Sequence record: NZ_CP020440.2
Length of the DNA: 64,000 nucleotides
Source: a plasmid
Strand: one strand, 5' to 3'
Part shown: positions 12,361-21,464 of the stretch, piece after piece
Numbering within the stretch: the stretch's first letter is position 1
Layout of the letters: every line of letters starts with the position of its first letter
Program-made: the position numbers and the translations under genes
Notes under the pieces: generated by a model
What the model was told of the DNA's origin: nothing
Seen by the model: the letters and a program-made list of their open reading frames with translations, nothing else
Databases searched by the model: none

Positions 12361-12903
12361 CTACCATTCGCCGCCGTCGTCAAAGCCCGCGTCTTCTTCC
12401 TCTTGCGGCTCTTCCTGGTCCTCGGCGGGGGCCGGTTCGGCGGCATTGGCTTCGCCCCCGAACATGCCCATCACGGCATTGCCCAGCAGGACGCCCCCCG
12501 CGACGCCCATCGCGGTCTGGGCCGCGCCGGCCAGAAAGCCGCCGCCCTGCCCGGGCATCGGCCGGCCGCCGCTTTGGAACGGGCCGCCCTGCGCGCCGCC
12601 ATAGGCCGGGGCGGGCTGGGGCCGGGCCTGCGCCGCCGGGGCACCGCCGCCGAACATGCGCGACAGAAAGCCGCCGCCCTGCTGGGCCTGCTGTTCCAGC
12701 TGCTCGATCCGGGCCTGCGCCGCGTTCAGCGCCTGTTCCTGCACGACGATGGTCTGGGCCATGAAATAAGGCGCGCCGGGCTGGCGGGCGATCTGGTCGC
12801 CGATGAAGCGCTCGGCCTCGGCGTCGCGAGGCGGCGCCTGCCGTTCGACCTGCGAGAGCTTGCCGAACAGCGTCTCGATGGCATGCCTGTCGTTCTGGTC
12901 CAT
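12361..12903 (-). CDS. DUF2076-like conserved hypothetical protein (Gly/Gln-rich, acidic C-terminus)
   Basis: This is the internal Met of ORF 12361..12939, MDQNDRHAIETLFGKLSQVERQAPPRDAEAERFIGDQIARQPGAPYFMAQTIVVQEQALNAAQARIEQLEQQ... followed by a G/Q-rich low-complexity region and an acidic tail. Confidence 0.55.
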   Translation of the reverse strand: MDQNDRHAIETLFGKLSQVERQAPPRDAEAERFIGDQIARQPGAPYFMAQTIVVQEQALNAAQARIEQLEQQAQQGGGFLSRMFGGGAPAAQARPQPAPAYGGAQGGPFQSGGRPMPGQGGGFLAGAAQTAMGVAGGVLLGNAVMGMFGGEANAAEPAPAEDQEEPQEEEDAGFDDGGEW

Positions 12904-12946
12904 GTCTGTTTCCTTTTTCTTATGGGCCGGTTTTCTCAAAGGGCGG

Positions 12947-13672
12947 TCATTCCTCGCGCTGGCCGGTCAGGCTCAGCAGAAGCTGGAAGATGTTGACGAA
13001 GTTCAGGTACAGCGACAGCGCGCCCATCACCGCCAGCTTCTGGCGCGTCTCGTCGTCGTGGTGTTCGGCATATTGCAGCTTGATCGACTGGGTGTCCCAG
13101 GCGGTCAGGCCGACGAACACCAGGATCCCGATGATCGAGATCGCGAACTGCAGCGCCGACGAGCCCAGGAAGATGTTGATGATGCTGGCGATGATGACGC
13201 CGATCAGGCCCATGATCAGGAAGCTGCCGAACTGGCTGAGATCGCGGTTCGTGGTATAGCCGTAAAGGCTCATCGCGCCGAACATGGCGGCGGCGCCGAA
13301 GAAGGCCCGCGCGATCGAGGTGCCGGTGAAGACTAGGAAGACCGAGGCCAGCGAAAGGCCCATCACCGCGCAGAAGGCCCAGAACAGCGTCTGCGCCGTC
13401 GCGCCCGAAATCGCCTCGATGCGGAAGGACAGGAACATCACGAAGCCCAGCGGCGCCAGCATCACCAGCCATTTCAGCGGCGTGCCGAAGATCGGGACGT
13501 AAAGCGCGGGGACCGAGGCGACCATGACCGCGACCAGCCCGGTCAGCACCAGTCCCAAGCCCATGTAGTTGTAGATGCGCAGCATATGGGCGCGCAGCCC
13601 CTGGTCATAGGCAATGGCCTGCGTCCCGGCGGGGGCAAAACCGGCGCTGCGGCCTCGGGTGTCGTAATCCAT
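12947..13672 (-). CDS. Bax-inhibitor-1/YccA family inner membrane protein
   Basis: It is 241 aa with seven hydrophobic segments and the typical BI-1 C-terminus ...QYAEHHDDETRQKLAVMGALSLYLNFVNIFQLLLSL. Confidence 0.85.
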   Translation of the reverse strand: MDYDTRGRSAGFAPAGTQAIAYDQGLRAHMLRIYNYMGLGLVLTGLVAVMVASVPALYVPIFGTPLKWLVMLAPLGFVMFLSFRIEAISGATAQTLFWAFCAVMGLSLASVFLVFTGTSIARAFFGAAAMFGAMSLYGYTTNRDLSQFGSFLIMGLIGVIIASIINIFLGSSALQFAISIIGILVFVGLTAWDTQSIKLQYAEHHDDETRQKLAVMGALSLYLNFVNIFQLLLSLTGQREE

Positions 13673-13687
13673 GGGTGTCTCCTTTTT

Positions 13688-14464
13688 TCAGTAGAGAGTG
13701 GCGGACAGGCGGCGCGCGGTTGCCTCGAGCGTCTCGACGCCGCCGCGGTCGGCGATCAGGACATGCGCCGTCTCGCCGATCTGGAACCAGGCGACGCTGT
13801 CGCCGTGAAGGTCCTGGGCGTGGGGCATGGTGACGGCAAAGCTGCCGGTGCGGACCGCGAAATGGGTCACGCGCCCCAGGGTGCCGCTGTCAAAGACCAG
13901 TTCGATCCCAGGACCCTGGGGCGAGGGGAAGACCTGCGCGTCGCGCATCCGCCAACCCTCGTCGAAGCGGGGCAGCAGGATGCCGGTGGCGGCCCGCATC
14001 TCGGCCGCGTCAAGCTCGGGGCTTTGCGGCTGCGACCGCATGGGCAGGCGCACCAGCGCGGCGTCGCGCGCGGACAGCGCGGCCTGAACCACCGGGGGCA
14101 CGGGATGGGCCGCGACAAGCGGCGTCACCGACAGCGGCCCCAGCCCGGCATGGGCCAGCCAGCCCGCGACGACCAGGGCCGCGACCGGGACAAGCCGGAC
14201 AAGGCGGCGCAGCCGCCGGTCGCGCCGCATCGCGCGGTCCAGCCGGGCCGCCGCCATCCTGAGGCCCGCGGGCGGGGGCGAGGCAGGCGCCAGCGCCAGC
14301 CGCAGTTCGCGCCGCAGCCGGATGTCGTGCATGACCCGCGCAGCGTCCTGCGGATGGCGCGACAGGTGGTCCTCGACCCGCATGCGCTGCCAGTCGTCCA
14401 GCTGTTCGTCGACATAGGCGGTCAGGTCCAGATCCGAGACGGTGGTATCAGGGGCGGTCTGCAT
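13688..14464 (-). CDS. Anti-sigma factor, probably membrane-anchored (N-terminal zinc-less anti-sigma domain, central TM segment)
   Basis: It is immediately downstream of the ECF sigma gene and overlaps it. The TM helix is LVRLVPVAALVVAGWLAHAG. No catalytic motifs were found. Confidence 0.6.
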   Translation of the reverse strand: MQTAPDTTVSDLDLTAYVDEQLDDWQRMRVEDHLSRHPQDAARVMHDIRLRRELRLALAPASPPPAGLRMAAARLDRAMRRDRRLRRLVRLVPVAALVVAGWLAHAGLGPLSVTPLVAAHPVPPVVQAALSARDAALVRLPMRSQPQSPELDAAEMRAATGILLPRFDEGWRMRDAQVFPSPQGPGIELVFDSGTLGRVTHFAVRTGSFAVTMPHAQDLHGDSVAWFQIGETAHVLIADRGGVETLEATARRLSATLY

Positions 14465-14987
14465 CGCGTCCTCCGACCAGTTTCAGGGCAGGACCGTCGC
14501 CTTGGGCGGTCCCGCCGTCCTCGAATTCGCGCAGCCAGGCACGGGCGCGCGACACCCGCGACATCAGCGTGCCGACCGGCACGCCGGCCAGCGCCGCGGC
14601 CTCGGCATAGGTCAGCCCCTCGACCGCGACCAGGGTCAGGGCCTCGCGCTGTTCGTCGGGCAGCATCATCAAGGCCGCGCGCAGTTGCGACAGGCGCACG
14701 GCAGCATCCTGGGGCGCGTCCATGGACAGGGGGGCGTGGGCGGCCACCTCGGCTTCGCGCCGCGCCTCGGCCTTGCGCGAGCGGCTGCGGTCCAGAAAGG
14801 CGTTGCGCAGGATGGAAAACAGCCAGGACTGCAGGTTGCCGCCCGGCCGAAAGCTGCGCCGTCCTTCGTGCCCGCGCAGCAGCGCCTCCTGCACCAGGTC
14901 GTCGGCATCGGCCTGGTTGCGGGTCAGCGCCAGGGCATATCGCCGCAGGGCGGGCATCTGGGCCTGTATGGGTGCATCATCATCCAT
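14448..14987 (-). CDS. ECF (sigma-70 family group IV) RNA polymerase sigma factor
   Basis: This is the internal Met of ORF 14448..15071, MDDDAPIQAQMPALRRYALALTRNQADADDLVQEALLRGHE..., which is region 2. Region 4 is TYAEAAALAGVPVGTLMSRVSRARAWL. Confidence 0.85.
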   Translation of the reverse strand: MDDDAPIQAQMPALRRYALALTRNQADADDLVQEALLRGHEGRRSFRPGGNLQSWLFSILRNAFLDRSRSRKAEARREAEVAAHAPLSMDAPQDAAVRLSQLRAALMMLPDEQREALTLVAVEGLTYAEAAALAGVPVGTLMSRVSRARAWLREFEDGGTAQGDGPALKLVGGRDADRP

Positions 14988-15292
14988 TGCAACAGATATA
15001 CGACGCCGAACCCGAAGACCTTGCATCGCACCGGCAAAAAAATGGCGCCCGCCGACGCGCTGCGGGAACATGCCGTCGCGTCAAGCTTTTTTCGCCGGAC
15101 GGCCGCCACGTCACGGCGGCCGATCGCCGCAAAGCCGGCCCCCGAACGGGCTTGTGCGACGAAAAAAATCCGGCCATCCTTGCCGTCGAAGCGGGGGGTC
15201 ACAGGCCATGACCGGCGCCCGTTTCGAAGCAGCGTTCCCACCCAACGGGCCCCGTCCCCGCGGCAGAAGGAGCGCACCAGGGGAGGAATAAA

Positions 15293-16492
15293 ATGCGAAA
15301 GTTTCTGCTGTCGACCGTTGCGGTCGGCTTGTCTGTCACGCCTGCGCTGGCCGAGGTTTCGGACGGCAAGGTCAAGATCGGCATCCTGAACGACCAGTCC
15401 GGCGTCTATGCCGACTTCGGCGGCAAGTCGTCCTATCAGGCCGCGCTGATGGCGGTCGAGGATTTCGGCGGCAAGGTCCTGGACGCGCCCATCGAGGTCG
15501 TGACCGCCGACCACCAGAACAAGGCCGACATCGCCTCGAACATCGCGCGGCAATGGTATGACACCGAACAGGTCGACAGCATCATGGAGCTGACCACCTC
15601 GTCCGTGGGTCTGGCGGTGCAGGCGCTGTCGCTGGAAAAGAAGAAGATCACCATCAACACCGGCGCCGCGACGACCGAACTGACCGGCGCGCAATGTTCG
15701 CCCTATGGTTTCCACTGGGCCTATGACACGCATATGCTGGCGGTGGGCACCGGCGGCGCGCTGGTCAAGGCGGGCGGCGACAGCTGGTTCTTCCTGACGG
15801 CGGACTACGCCTTCGGCTATTCGCTCGAGGAACAGACCTCGAACCTGGTCAAGGCCCAGGGCGGCACCGTGGTGGGCGCGGTGCGTCACCCGCTGGCGAC
15901 GACGGATTTCTCGTCCTTCCTGCTGCAGGCGCAAAGCTCGGGGGCCAAGGTCATCGGCCTGGCCAACGCCGGCATGGACACCCAGAACGCGATCAAGCAG
16001 GCGTCCGAATTCGGCATCACCCAGGGCGGGCAGAAGCTTGCCGCGCTGCTGTTCACCCTGGCCGAGGTGCATGGCCTGGGGCTTGATGCCGCGCAGGGGC
16101 TGAACCTGACGGAAAGCTTCTACTGGAACCGGGACGAGCCATCGCGCAAGTTCGCCGAGCGCTTCAAGGAACGGGCCGGCGTGATGCCGAACATGGTCCA
16201 CGCCGGGACCTATTCCGCCGTGACCCAGTATCTGAAGGCCATCGAGGCCGCCGGCACGGATGAAACCGAGGCCGTCGCCGCCAAGCTGCACGAGATGCCG
16301 GTGGACGATGTCTTTGCCCAGGGCGGCAAGGTCGGCGCCAATGGCCGCCTGATCAAGGATGTCTACCTGATGGAGGTCAAGAAGCCCGACGAGGTGACCG
16401 AGGACTGGGATTATTATCGCATCGTCGCGACCATCCCCGGCGCCGAGGCCTTTGCCGACCCGGCCGAAAGCGGCTGCCTGCTGGTCAAGTGA
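15293..16492 (+). CDS. Periplasmic-binding-protein type I ABC substrate-binding protein (LivK/amide/urea class)
   Basis: The signal peptide is MRKFLLSTVAVGLSVTPALA, followed by KVKIGILNDQSGVYADFGG and DFGGKVLDAPIEVVTADHQNKADIAS. Confidence 0.85.
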   Translation: MRKFLLSTVAVGLSVTPALAEVSDGKVKIGILNDQSGVYADFGGKSSYQAALMAVEDFGGKVLDAPIEVVTADHQNKADIASNIARQWYDTEQVDSIMELTTSSVGLAVQALSLEKKKITINTGAATTELTGAQCSPYGFHWAYDTHMLAVGTGGALVKAGGDSWFFLTADYAFGYSLEEQTSNLVKAQGGTVVGAVRHPLATTDFSSFLLQAQSSGAKVIGLANAGMDTQNAIKQASEFGITQGGQKLAALLFTLAEVHGLGLDAAQGLNLTESFYWNRDEPSRKFAERFKERAGVMPNMVHAGTYSAVTQYLKAIEAAGTDETEAVAAKLHEMPVDDVFAQGGKVGANGRLIKDVYLMEVKKPDEVTEDWDYYRIVATIPGAEAFADPAESGCLLVK

Positions 16493-17265
16493 TGGCAACC
16501 CCTGCCCCGCAGGCCGAACCGCGGGTGGTCCTGTCCGCCCGCGGTCTTGGCAAGGATTTCGCCGGCTTCACCGCCGTGAACGACGTCGACCTGGATGTGG
16601 AACATGCCCGCATCCATGCGCTGATCGGGCCCAATGGCGCCGGCAAGACCACGGTCTTCAACCTTTTGACCAAGTTCCTGCAACCGACCCGGGGCCGGAT
16701 CACGCTGCTGGGGCACGACATCACCCGCGAGCGGCCCGACAAGGTAGCGCGGATGGGGCTGGTGCGCAGCTTCCAGATCTCGGCGGTGTTTCCGCACCTG
16801 ACGGTGCTGGAAAACGTCCGCGTCGCGCTGCAACGGCCTGCCGGGCTTGCGGTCCAGTTCTGGCTGCCGCTCTCGTCGCTCGACCGGCTGAACGACCGGG
16901 CCGAGGCGCTGATCGAAAGCCTTGGCATCGCGCAATACCGCGACCACCGCGCGGCCGACCTGTCCTATGGCAGGAAACGCGTGCTGGAGATCGCCACCAC
17001 CCTGGCGCTGGACCCGCAGGTCCTGCTGCTGGACGAGCCGATGGCCGGCATGGGCCAGGAGGACGTGCGCATGGTGGCCGAGATCATCCGCGAGGTCGCC
17101 CGCACCCGCGCCGTGCTGATGGTCGAACACAACTTGAACGTGGTCGCCGACATCTGCGACCATGTCACCGTGCTGCAAAGGGGCGAGATCATCGCGCGCG
17201 GCGATTATGCCACCGTGGCCGCCGATCCGCGCGTCCGCACCGCCTATATGGGGACCGACGCATGA
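16489..17265 (+). CDS. ABC transporter ATP-binding protein, LivG-like
   Basis: GPNGAGKTTVFNLLT ... LSYGRKRVLEIATTLALDPQVLLLDEPMAGM. Confidence 0.85.
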   Translation: MMATPAPQAEPRVVLSARGLGKDFAGFTAVNDVDLDVEHARIHALIGPNGAGKTTVFNLLTKFLQPTRGRITLLGHDITRERPDKVARMGLVRSFQISAVFPHLTVLENVRVALQRPAGLAVQFWLPLSSLDRLNDRAEALIESLGIAQYRDHRAADLSYGRKRVLEIATTLALDPQVLLLDEPMAGMGQEDVRMVAEIIREVARTRAVLMVEHNLNVVADICDHVTVLQRGEIIARGDYATVAADPRVRTAYMGTDA

Positions 17266-17966
17266 GCGCGCCGCTGCTCGAGGTCCGCGACCTCAACGCC
17301 TGGTACGGCGAAAGCCACGTCCTGCACGGCGTGAACCTGCATGTCGACCAGGGCGAGACGATCTGCGTCCTGGGCCGCAACGGCATGGGCAAGACCACGA
17401 CCCTGCGCGCGATCATGGGCATCCTGCGCAAGCGCAGCGGAACCATCCGCTTCGACGGGCGCGACCTGATGGCGATGCCGCTGCACGGCGTCGCCCGCGC
17501 GGGCCTGGGCTTCGTCCCCGAGGAACGCGGCATCTTCGCCACCCTCTCGGTCGAGGAAAACCTGATGCTGCCCCCGCGCGTCGCCGATGGCGGCATGTCG
17601 GTCCAGGAGATCTATGCGCTGTTCCCGAACCTCCAGGAACGCCGGAACAGCCCCGGCACCAAGCTGTCGGGGGGCGAACAGCAGATGCTGGCCATGGCCC
17701 GCATCCTGCGCACCGGGGCCCGCTGCCTTTTGCTCGACGAGCCGACCGAGGGTCTGGCCCCGGTCATCATCCAGGCCATCGGCGAGGTTCTGGTCCAGCT
17801 CAAGGCGCGCGGCATGACCGTCGTGCTGGTCGAACAGAACTTCCGCTTCGCCTCGAAGGTCGCGGATCGGTTCTACCTGATGGACCATGGCGTCATGACG
17901 GCCGAGTTCCCGACCGCCGACCTGCCGCAAAGGATGGACGCATTGCACCAGGTTCTGGGGGTATGA
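17262..17966 (+). CDS. ABC transporter ATP-binding protein, LivF-like
   Basis: This is the internal Met of ORF 16452..17966, MSAPLLEVRDLNAWYGESHVLHGVNL...GRNGMGKTTTLRAIMG...LSGGEQQMLAMARIL. Confidence 0.85.
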   Translation: MSAPLLEVRDLNAWYGESHVLHGVNLHVDQGETICVLGRNGMGKTTTLRAIMGILRKRSGTIRFDGRDLMAMPLHGVARAGLGFVPEERGIFATLSVEENLMLPPRVADGGMSVQEIYALFPNLQERRNSPGTKLSGGEQQMLAMARILRTGARCLLLDEPTEGLAPVIIQAIGEVLVQLKARGMTVVLVEQNFRFASKVADRFYLMDHGVMTAEFPTADLPQRMDALHQVLGV

Positions 17967-17967
17967 C

Positions 17968-18855
17968 ATGACCATGATCTTTGGCGTGCCGGTCCAGGCC
18001 CTGATGGGGCAACTGCTGGTCGGGCTGATCAACGGCAGCTTCTATGCGCTGCTGTCGCTGGGGCTGGCGGTGATCTTCGGCCTGTTGCGCGTCATCAACT
18101 TTGCCCATGGCGCGCAATACATGCTGGGCGCCTTCACCGCGCTTCTGCTGCTGACGGTGGGCGGCGTGAACTACTGGTTCGCGCTGATCCTCGCGCCGGT
18201 CATCGTGGGCCTGTTCGGCGCGGTGATCGAACGCACCATGCTGTCGCGGCTTTACAAGCTGGACCACCTTTACGGTCTCTTGTTCACCTTCGGCCTGGCG
18301 CTGGCGATCGAGGGCACCTTCCGCTATTTCTACGGCGCCTCGGGCAAGCCCTATGCGCCGCCGTCGCAACTGACGGGGGCGGTGAACCTGGGGTTCATGT
18401 TCCTGCCGATCTATCGCGGCTGGGTGGTCGTCGCCTCTCTGGCGGTCTGCATCGCGGTCTGGCTCTTGATCGAGAAGACCAAGCTGGGTTCCTATCTGCG
18501 CGCGGCGACCGAGAACCCGGTGCTGGTGCAGGCTTTCGGCGTCAACGTGCCCCTGCTGCTGACGCTGACCTATGCGCTGGGGGCGGGGCTTGCGGGCTTT
18601 GCCGGGGTGCTGGCCGCGCCGGTCTATCAGGTCAGCCCGCTGATGGGATCGAACCTCATCATCATCGTCTTTGCCGTGGTCGTCGTCGGCGGCATGGGCT
18701 CGATCCTGGGGGCCATCGTCACCGGCTATCTCCTGGGCGTAATCGAGGGGCTGACCAAGGTCTTCTACCCCGAGGCCTCGAACATCGTGATCTTCGTCAT
18801 CATGGCGATCGTGCTGATCCTGCGGCCGGCCGGCCTTTTCGGAAAGGATGCCTGA
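17968..18855 (+). CDS. Branched-chain-type ABC permease, LivH-like
   Basis: It is 295 aa and hydrophobic: MTMIFGVPVQALMGQLLVGLINGSFYALLSLGLAVIFG... Confidence 0.85.
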   Translation: MTMIFGVPVQALMGQLLVGLINGSFYALLSLGLAVIFGLLRVINFAHGAQYMLGAFTALLLLTVGGVNYWFALILAPVIVGLFGAVIERTMLSRLYKLDHLYGLLFTFGLALAIEGTFRYFYGASGKPYAPPSQLTGAVNLGFMFLPIYRGWVVVASLAVCIAVWLLIEKTKLGSYLRAATENPVLVQAFGVNVPLLLTLTYALGAGLAGFAGVLAAPVYQVSPLMGSNLIIIVFAVVVVGGMGSILGAIVTGYLLGVIEGLTKVFYPEASNIVIFVIMAIVLILRPAGLFGKDA

Positions 18856-19855
18856 CATGTCCGCGAAATCCGACGCGCCCGCCGGCGAACACATCCCCGC
18901 CCACCCGCATGCCGGCCGCTTCCAGCTTGCCCTGCTGGCCCTGGGGCTGGTCCTGCTGCTGGTTGCGCCGCAGTTCCTGTATCCCGTCTTCCTGATGAAG
19001 CTTCTGTGCTTTGCGCTCTTTGCCTCGGCGTTCAACCTGCTCCTGGGCTACACCGGGCTTCTGAGCTTTGGCCATGCGGCCTTCTTCGGGGGCGCGGCCT
19101 ATTTCACCGCGCATGCGGTGAAGGAATGGGGCTGGCCGCCCGAGGCCGGCATCTTGCTGGGCGTCGCCGGCGCGGCCCTGCTGGGGCTGGTGATGGGCGC
19201 CATCGCCATCCGCCGCCAGGGCATCTATTTCGCCATGATCACGCTGGCGCTAGCGCAGATGTTCTTCTTCTTCTGCCTGCAGGCCGGCTTCACCCATGGC
19301 GAGGACGGCATCCAGTCGGTCCCGCGCGGGCACCTGTTCGGCCTGATCGACCTGGGCCAGACCATGAACATGTATTACTTCGTCCTGGCGGTCTTCGCCC
19401 TGGGGCTGCTGGTGATCTGGCGCTTCGTGAACTCGCCCTTCGGCATGATCCTGAAGTCGATCCGGGAAAACGAACAGCGTGCCATATCGCTGGGCTATTC
19501 GGTCGCGCGCTACAAGCTGGGCGCCTTCGTCATGTCGGCGGCGCTGGCCGGGCTGGCCGGGGGCCTCAAGGCGCTGGTCTTTCAGTTCGCGACCCTGACC
19601 GACGTGGGCTGGCAGATGTCGGGCGAGGTCATCCTGATGACGCTCTTGGGCGGCATCGGCACGCTGGCCGGGCCGGTCTTCGGGGCGGGGCTGGTCGTCA
19701 CCTTGCAGAACTACCTGGCAACCTCGGACTTTCCCGTCACCATCATCACCGGCCTCGTCTTCATGGTCTGCGTGCTGCTGTTCCGCCGCGGGCTGGTCGG
19801 AGAGTTCTTCGCCTCGCGCCTGGGCCAGCGGCTGGGCTTCCGGTCCGAATCCTGA
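18848..19855 (+). CDS. Branched-chain-type ABC permease, LivM-like
   Basis: It is 335 aa and hydrophobic. An alternative ATG lies at 18857. Confidence 0.8.
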   Translation: MPDMSAKSDAPAGEHIPAHPHAGRFQLALLALGLVLLLVAPQFLYPVFLMKLLCFALFASAFNLLLGYTGLLSFGHAAFFGGAAYFTAHAVKEWGWPPEAGILLGVAGAALLGLVMGAIAIRRQGIYFAMITLALAQMFFFFCLQAGFTHGEDGIQSVPRGHLFGLIDLGQTMNMYYFVLAVFALGLLVIWRFVNSPFGMILKSIRENEQRAISLGYSVARYKLGAFVMSAALAGLAGGLKALVFQFATLTDVGWQMSGEVILMTLLGGIGTLAGPVFGAGLVVTLQNYLATSDFPVTIITGLVFMVCVLLFRRGLVGEFFASRLGQRLGFRSES

Positions 19856-21450
19856 TGCAGGGCGCGGATTACATCGTCATCGGTGCGGGCAGCGCGGGCT
19901 GCGTGCTGGCCAACCGCCTGTCCGCCGATCCGCGCCACCGCGTCCTGCTGGTCGAGGCCGGGGGTCGCGACAATTATCACTGGATCCACATTCCGGTCGG
20001 CTATCTCTATTGCATCGGTAATCCGCGCACGGACTGGCTGTTTCGCACCGAGGCCGAGCCGGGGCTGAACGGCCGGTCGCTGCTTTACCCGCGCGGCCGG
20101 GTTCTGGGCGGCTGTTCGTCGATCAACGGCATGATCTATATGCGCGGCCAGGCGGCGGATTACGACCATTGGCGGCAGATGGGCTGCACCGGCTGGGGCT
20201 GGGACGATGTGCTGCCGCTGTTCCGCGCGCAAGAGGATTTCTATCGCGGCGCCGACGACATGCACGGCGCGGGCGGCGAATTGCGGGTCGAAACGGCCCG
20301 TGTCCGCTGGGCGGTGCTCGACGCCTTCATGGAAGCGGCCGAACAGGCCGGCATCCCGCGCACGCCCGATTTCAACCGTGGCGACAACGAGGGCAGCGGC
20401 TATTTCGACGTGACCCAGCGCCGGGGCTGGCGCTGGTCGGCGGTCAAGGCGTTCCTGCGCCCCGCCCTGTCGCGCCCGAACCTGACGGTGCTGACCGGGG
20501 CCGAGGTCGAGCGCCTGCTGATCGAAGGGGGCGAGGTCCGAGGCGCCGTCATCCACCACAAGGGCCAGCGGCAGGAAATCCGGGCGGCGCGCGAAACCGT
20601 GCTGTCGGCGGGGGCCATCGGCTCGGTCCAGATCCTGGAACGCTCGGGCATCGGCCGGGGCGAGGTTCTGCAGGCTGCGGGCATCGCTCCCCTGGCCGAG
20701 GTGCCGGACGTGGGCGAGAACCTGCAGGACCATCTGCAACTGCGGCTGGTCTACAAGGTCAGGGGCGTGCCCACGCTGAACGAAAAGGCATCGCGTCTGA
20801 TGGGCAAGGCGGCCATCGGGCTGGAATACCTGCTGAAACGGTCGGGCCCCATGGCGATGGCGCCCAGCCAGGTCGGCATCTTTACCCGCTCGGGTCCCGA
20901 CAAGGCGACGGCGGATCTGGAATATCACGTCCAGCCCGTCAGCCTGGACAAGTTCGGCGAGCCGGTGCACCCCTTTCCGGCGATGACCGCCAGCGTCTGC
21001 AACCTGCGCCCCGAAAGCCGCGGCTCGGTCCATGTGACCGGCGCCGATTTCCGCGCCCCGCCGGCGATCCGGCCGAACTACCTGTCCACCCTCGGCGACC
21101 GCGCGGTCGCGGTGCGCGCCATCCGCCTGACCCGCAAGATCGCGGCGCAGCCCGCGTTCGCCCGCTTCGACCCCGAGGAGCATTTGCCCGGCATCGCCTT
21201 CCAGACCGAGGCGGACCTGGAAAAGGCGGCGGGCGCCATCGGCACGACGATCTTTCACCCGGTCGGCACCTGCCGCATGGGCACGGACGATGGCGCGGTG
21301 GTCGATCCCCGGCTGCGGTTGCGGGCGCTGGGGCGGCTGCGCATCGCCGATGCCTCGGTCATGCCGGCGATCACCAGCGGGAACACCAACGCCCCCGTGA
21401 TGATGATCGCCGAAAAGGCCGCGCGCATGATCCTCGAGGACGCGCGCTAG
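19855..21450 (+). CDS. GMC-family FAD oxidoreductase (choline/alcohol dehydrogenase-like)
   Basis: This is the internal Met of ORF 19006..21450, MQGADYIVIGAGSAGCVLANRLSADPRHRVLLVEAGG, with GGCSSINGMIYMRG. The C-terminal GMC signature is HPVGTCRMG. Its ATG overlaps the livM stop (TGATG). Confidence 0.85.
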   Translation: MQGADYIVIGAGSAGCVLANRLSADPRHRVLLVEAGGRDNYHWIHIPVGYLYCIGNPRTDWLFRTEAEPGLNGRSLLYPRGRVLGGCSSINGMIYMRGQAADYDHWRQMGCTGWGWDDVLPLFRAQEDFYRGADDMHGAGGELRVETARVRWAVLDAFMEAAEQAGIPRTPDFNRGDNEGSGYFDVTQRRGWRWSAVKAFLRPALSRPNLTVLTGAEVERLLIEGGEVRGAVIHHKGQRQEIRAARETVLSAGAIGSVQILERSGIGRGEVLQAAGIAPLAEVPDVGENLQDHLQLRLVYKVRGVPTLNEKASRLMGKAAIGLEYLLKRSGPMAMAPSQVGIFTRSGPDKATADLEYHVQPVSLDKFGEPVHPFPAMTASVCNLRPESRGSVHVTGADFRAPPAIRPNYLSTLGDRAVAVRAIRLTRKIAAQPAFARFDPEEHLPGIAFQTEADLEKAAGAIGTTIFHPVGTCRMGTDDGAVVDPRLRLRALGRLRIADASVMPAITSGNTNAPVMMIAEKAARMILEDAR

Positions 21451-21464
21451 CCAGCGGCCGGGCC

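Noticed and set aside
15055-15090. ECF-like GGAAC-N16-CGTC motif on the plus strand (gggaacatgccgtcgcgtcaag) between the ECF sigma gene and livK
   Set aside because: It is on the wrong strand to autoregulate the sigma gene and 200 nt from livK. A short match such as this is expected by chance in GC-rich DNA, and it was not supported by a second feature.
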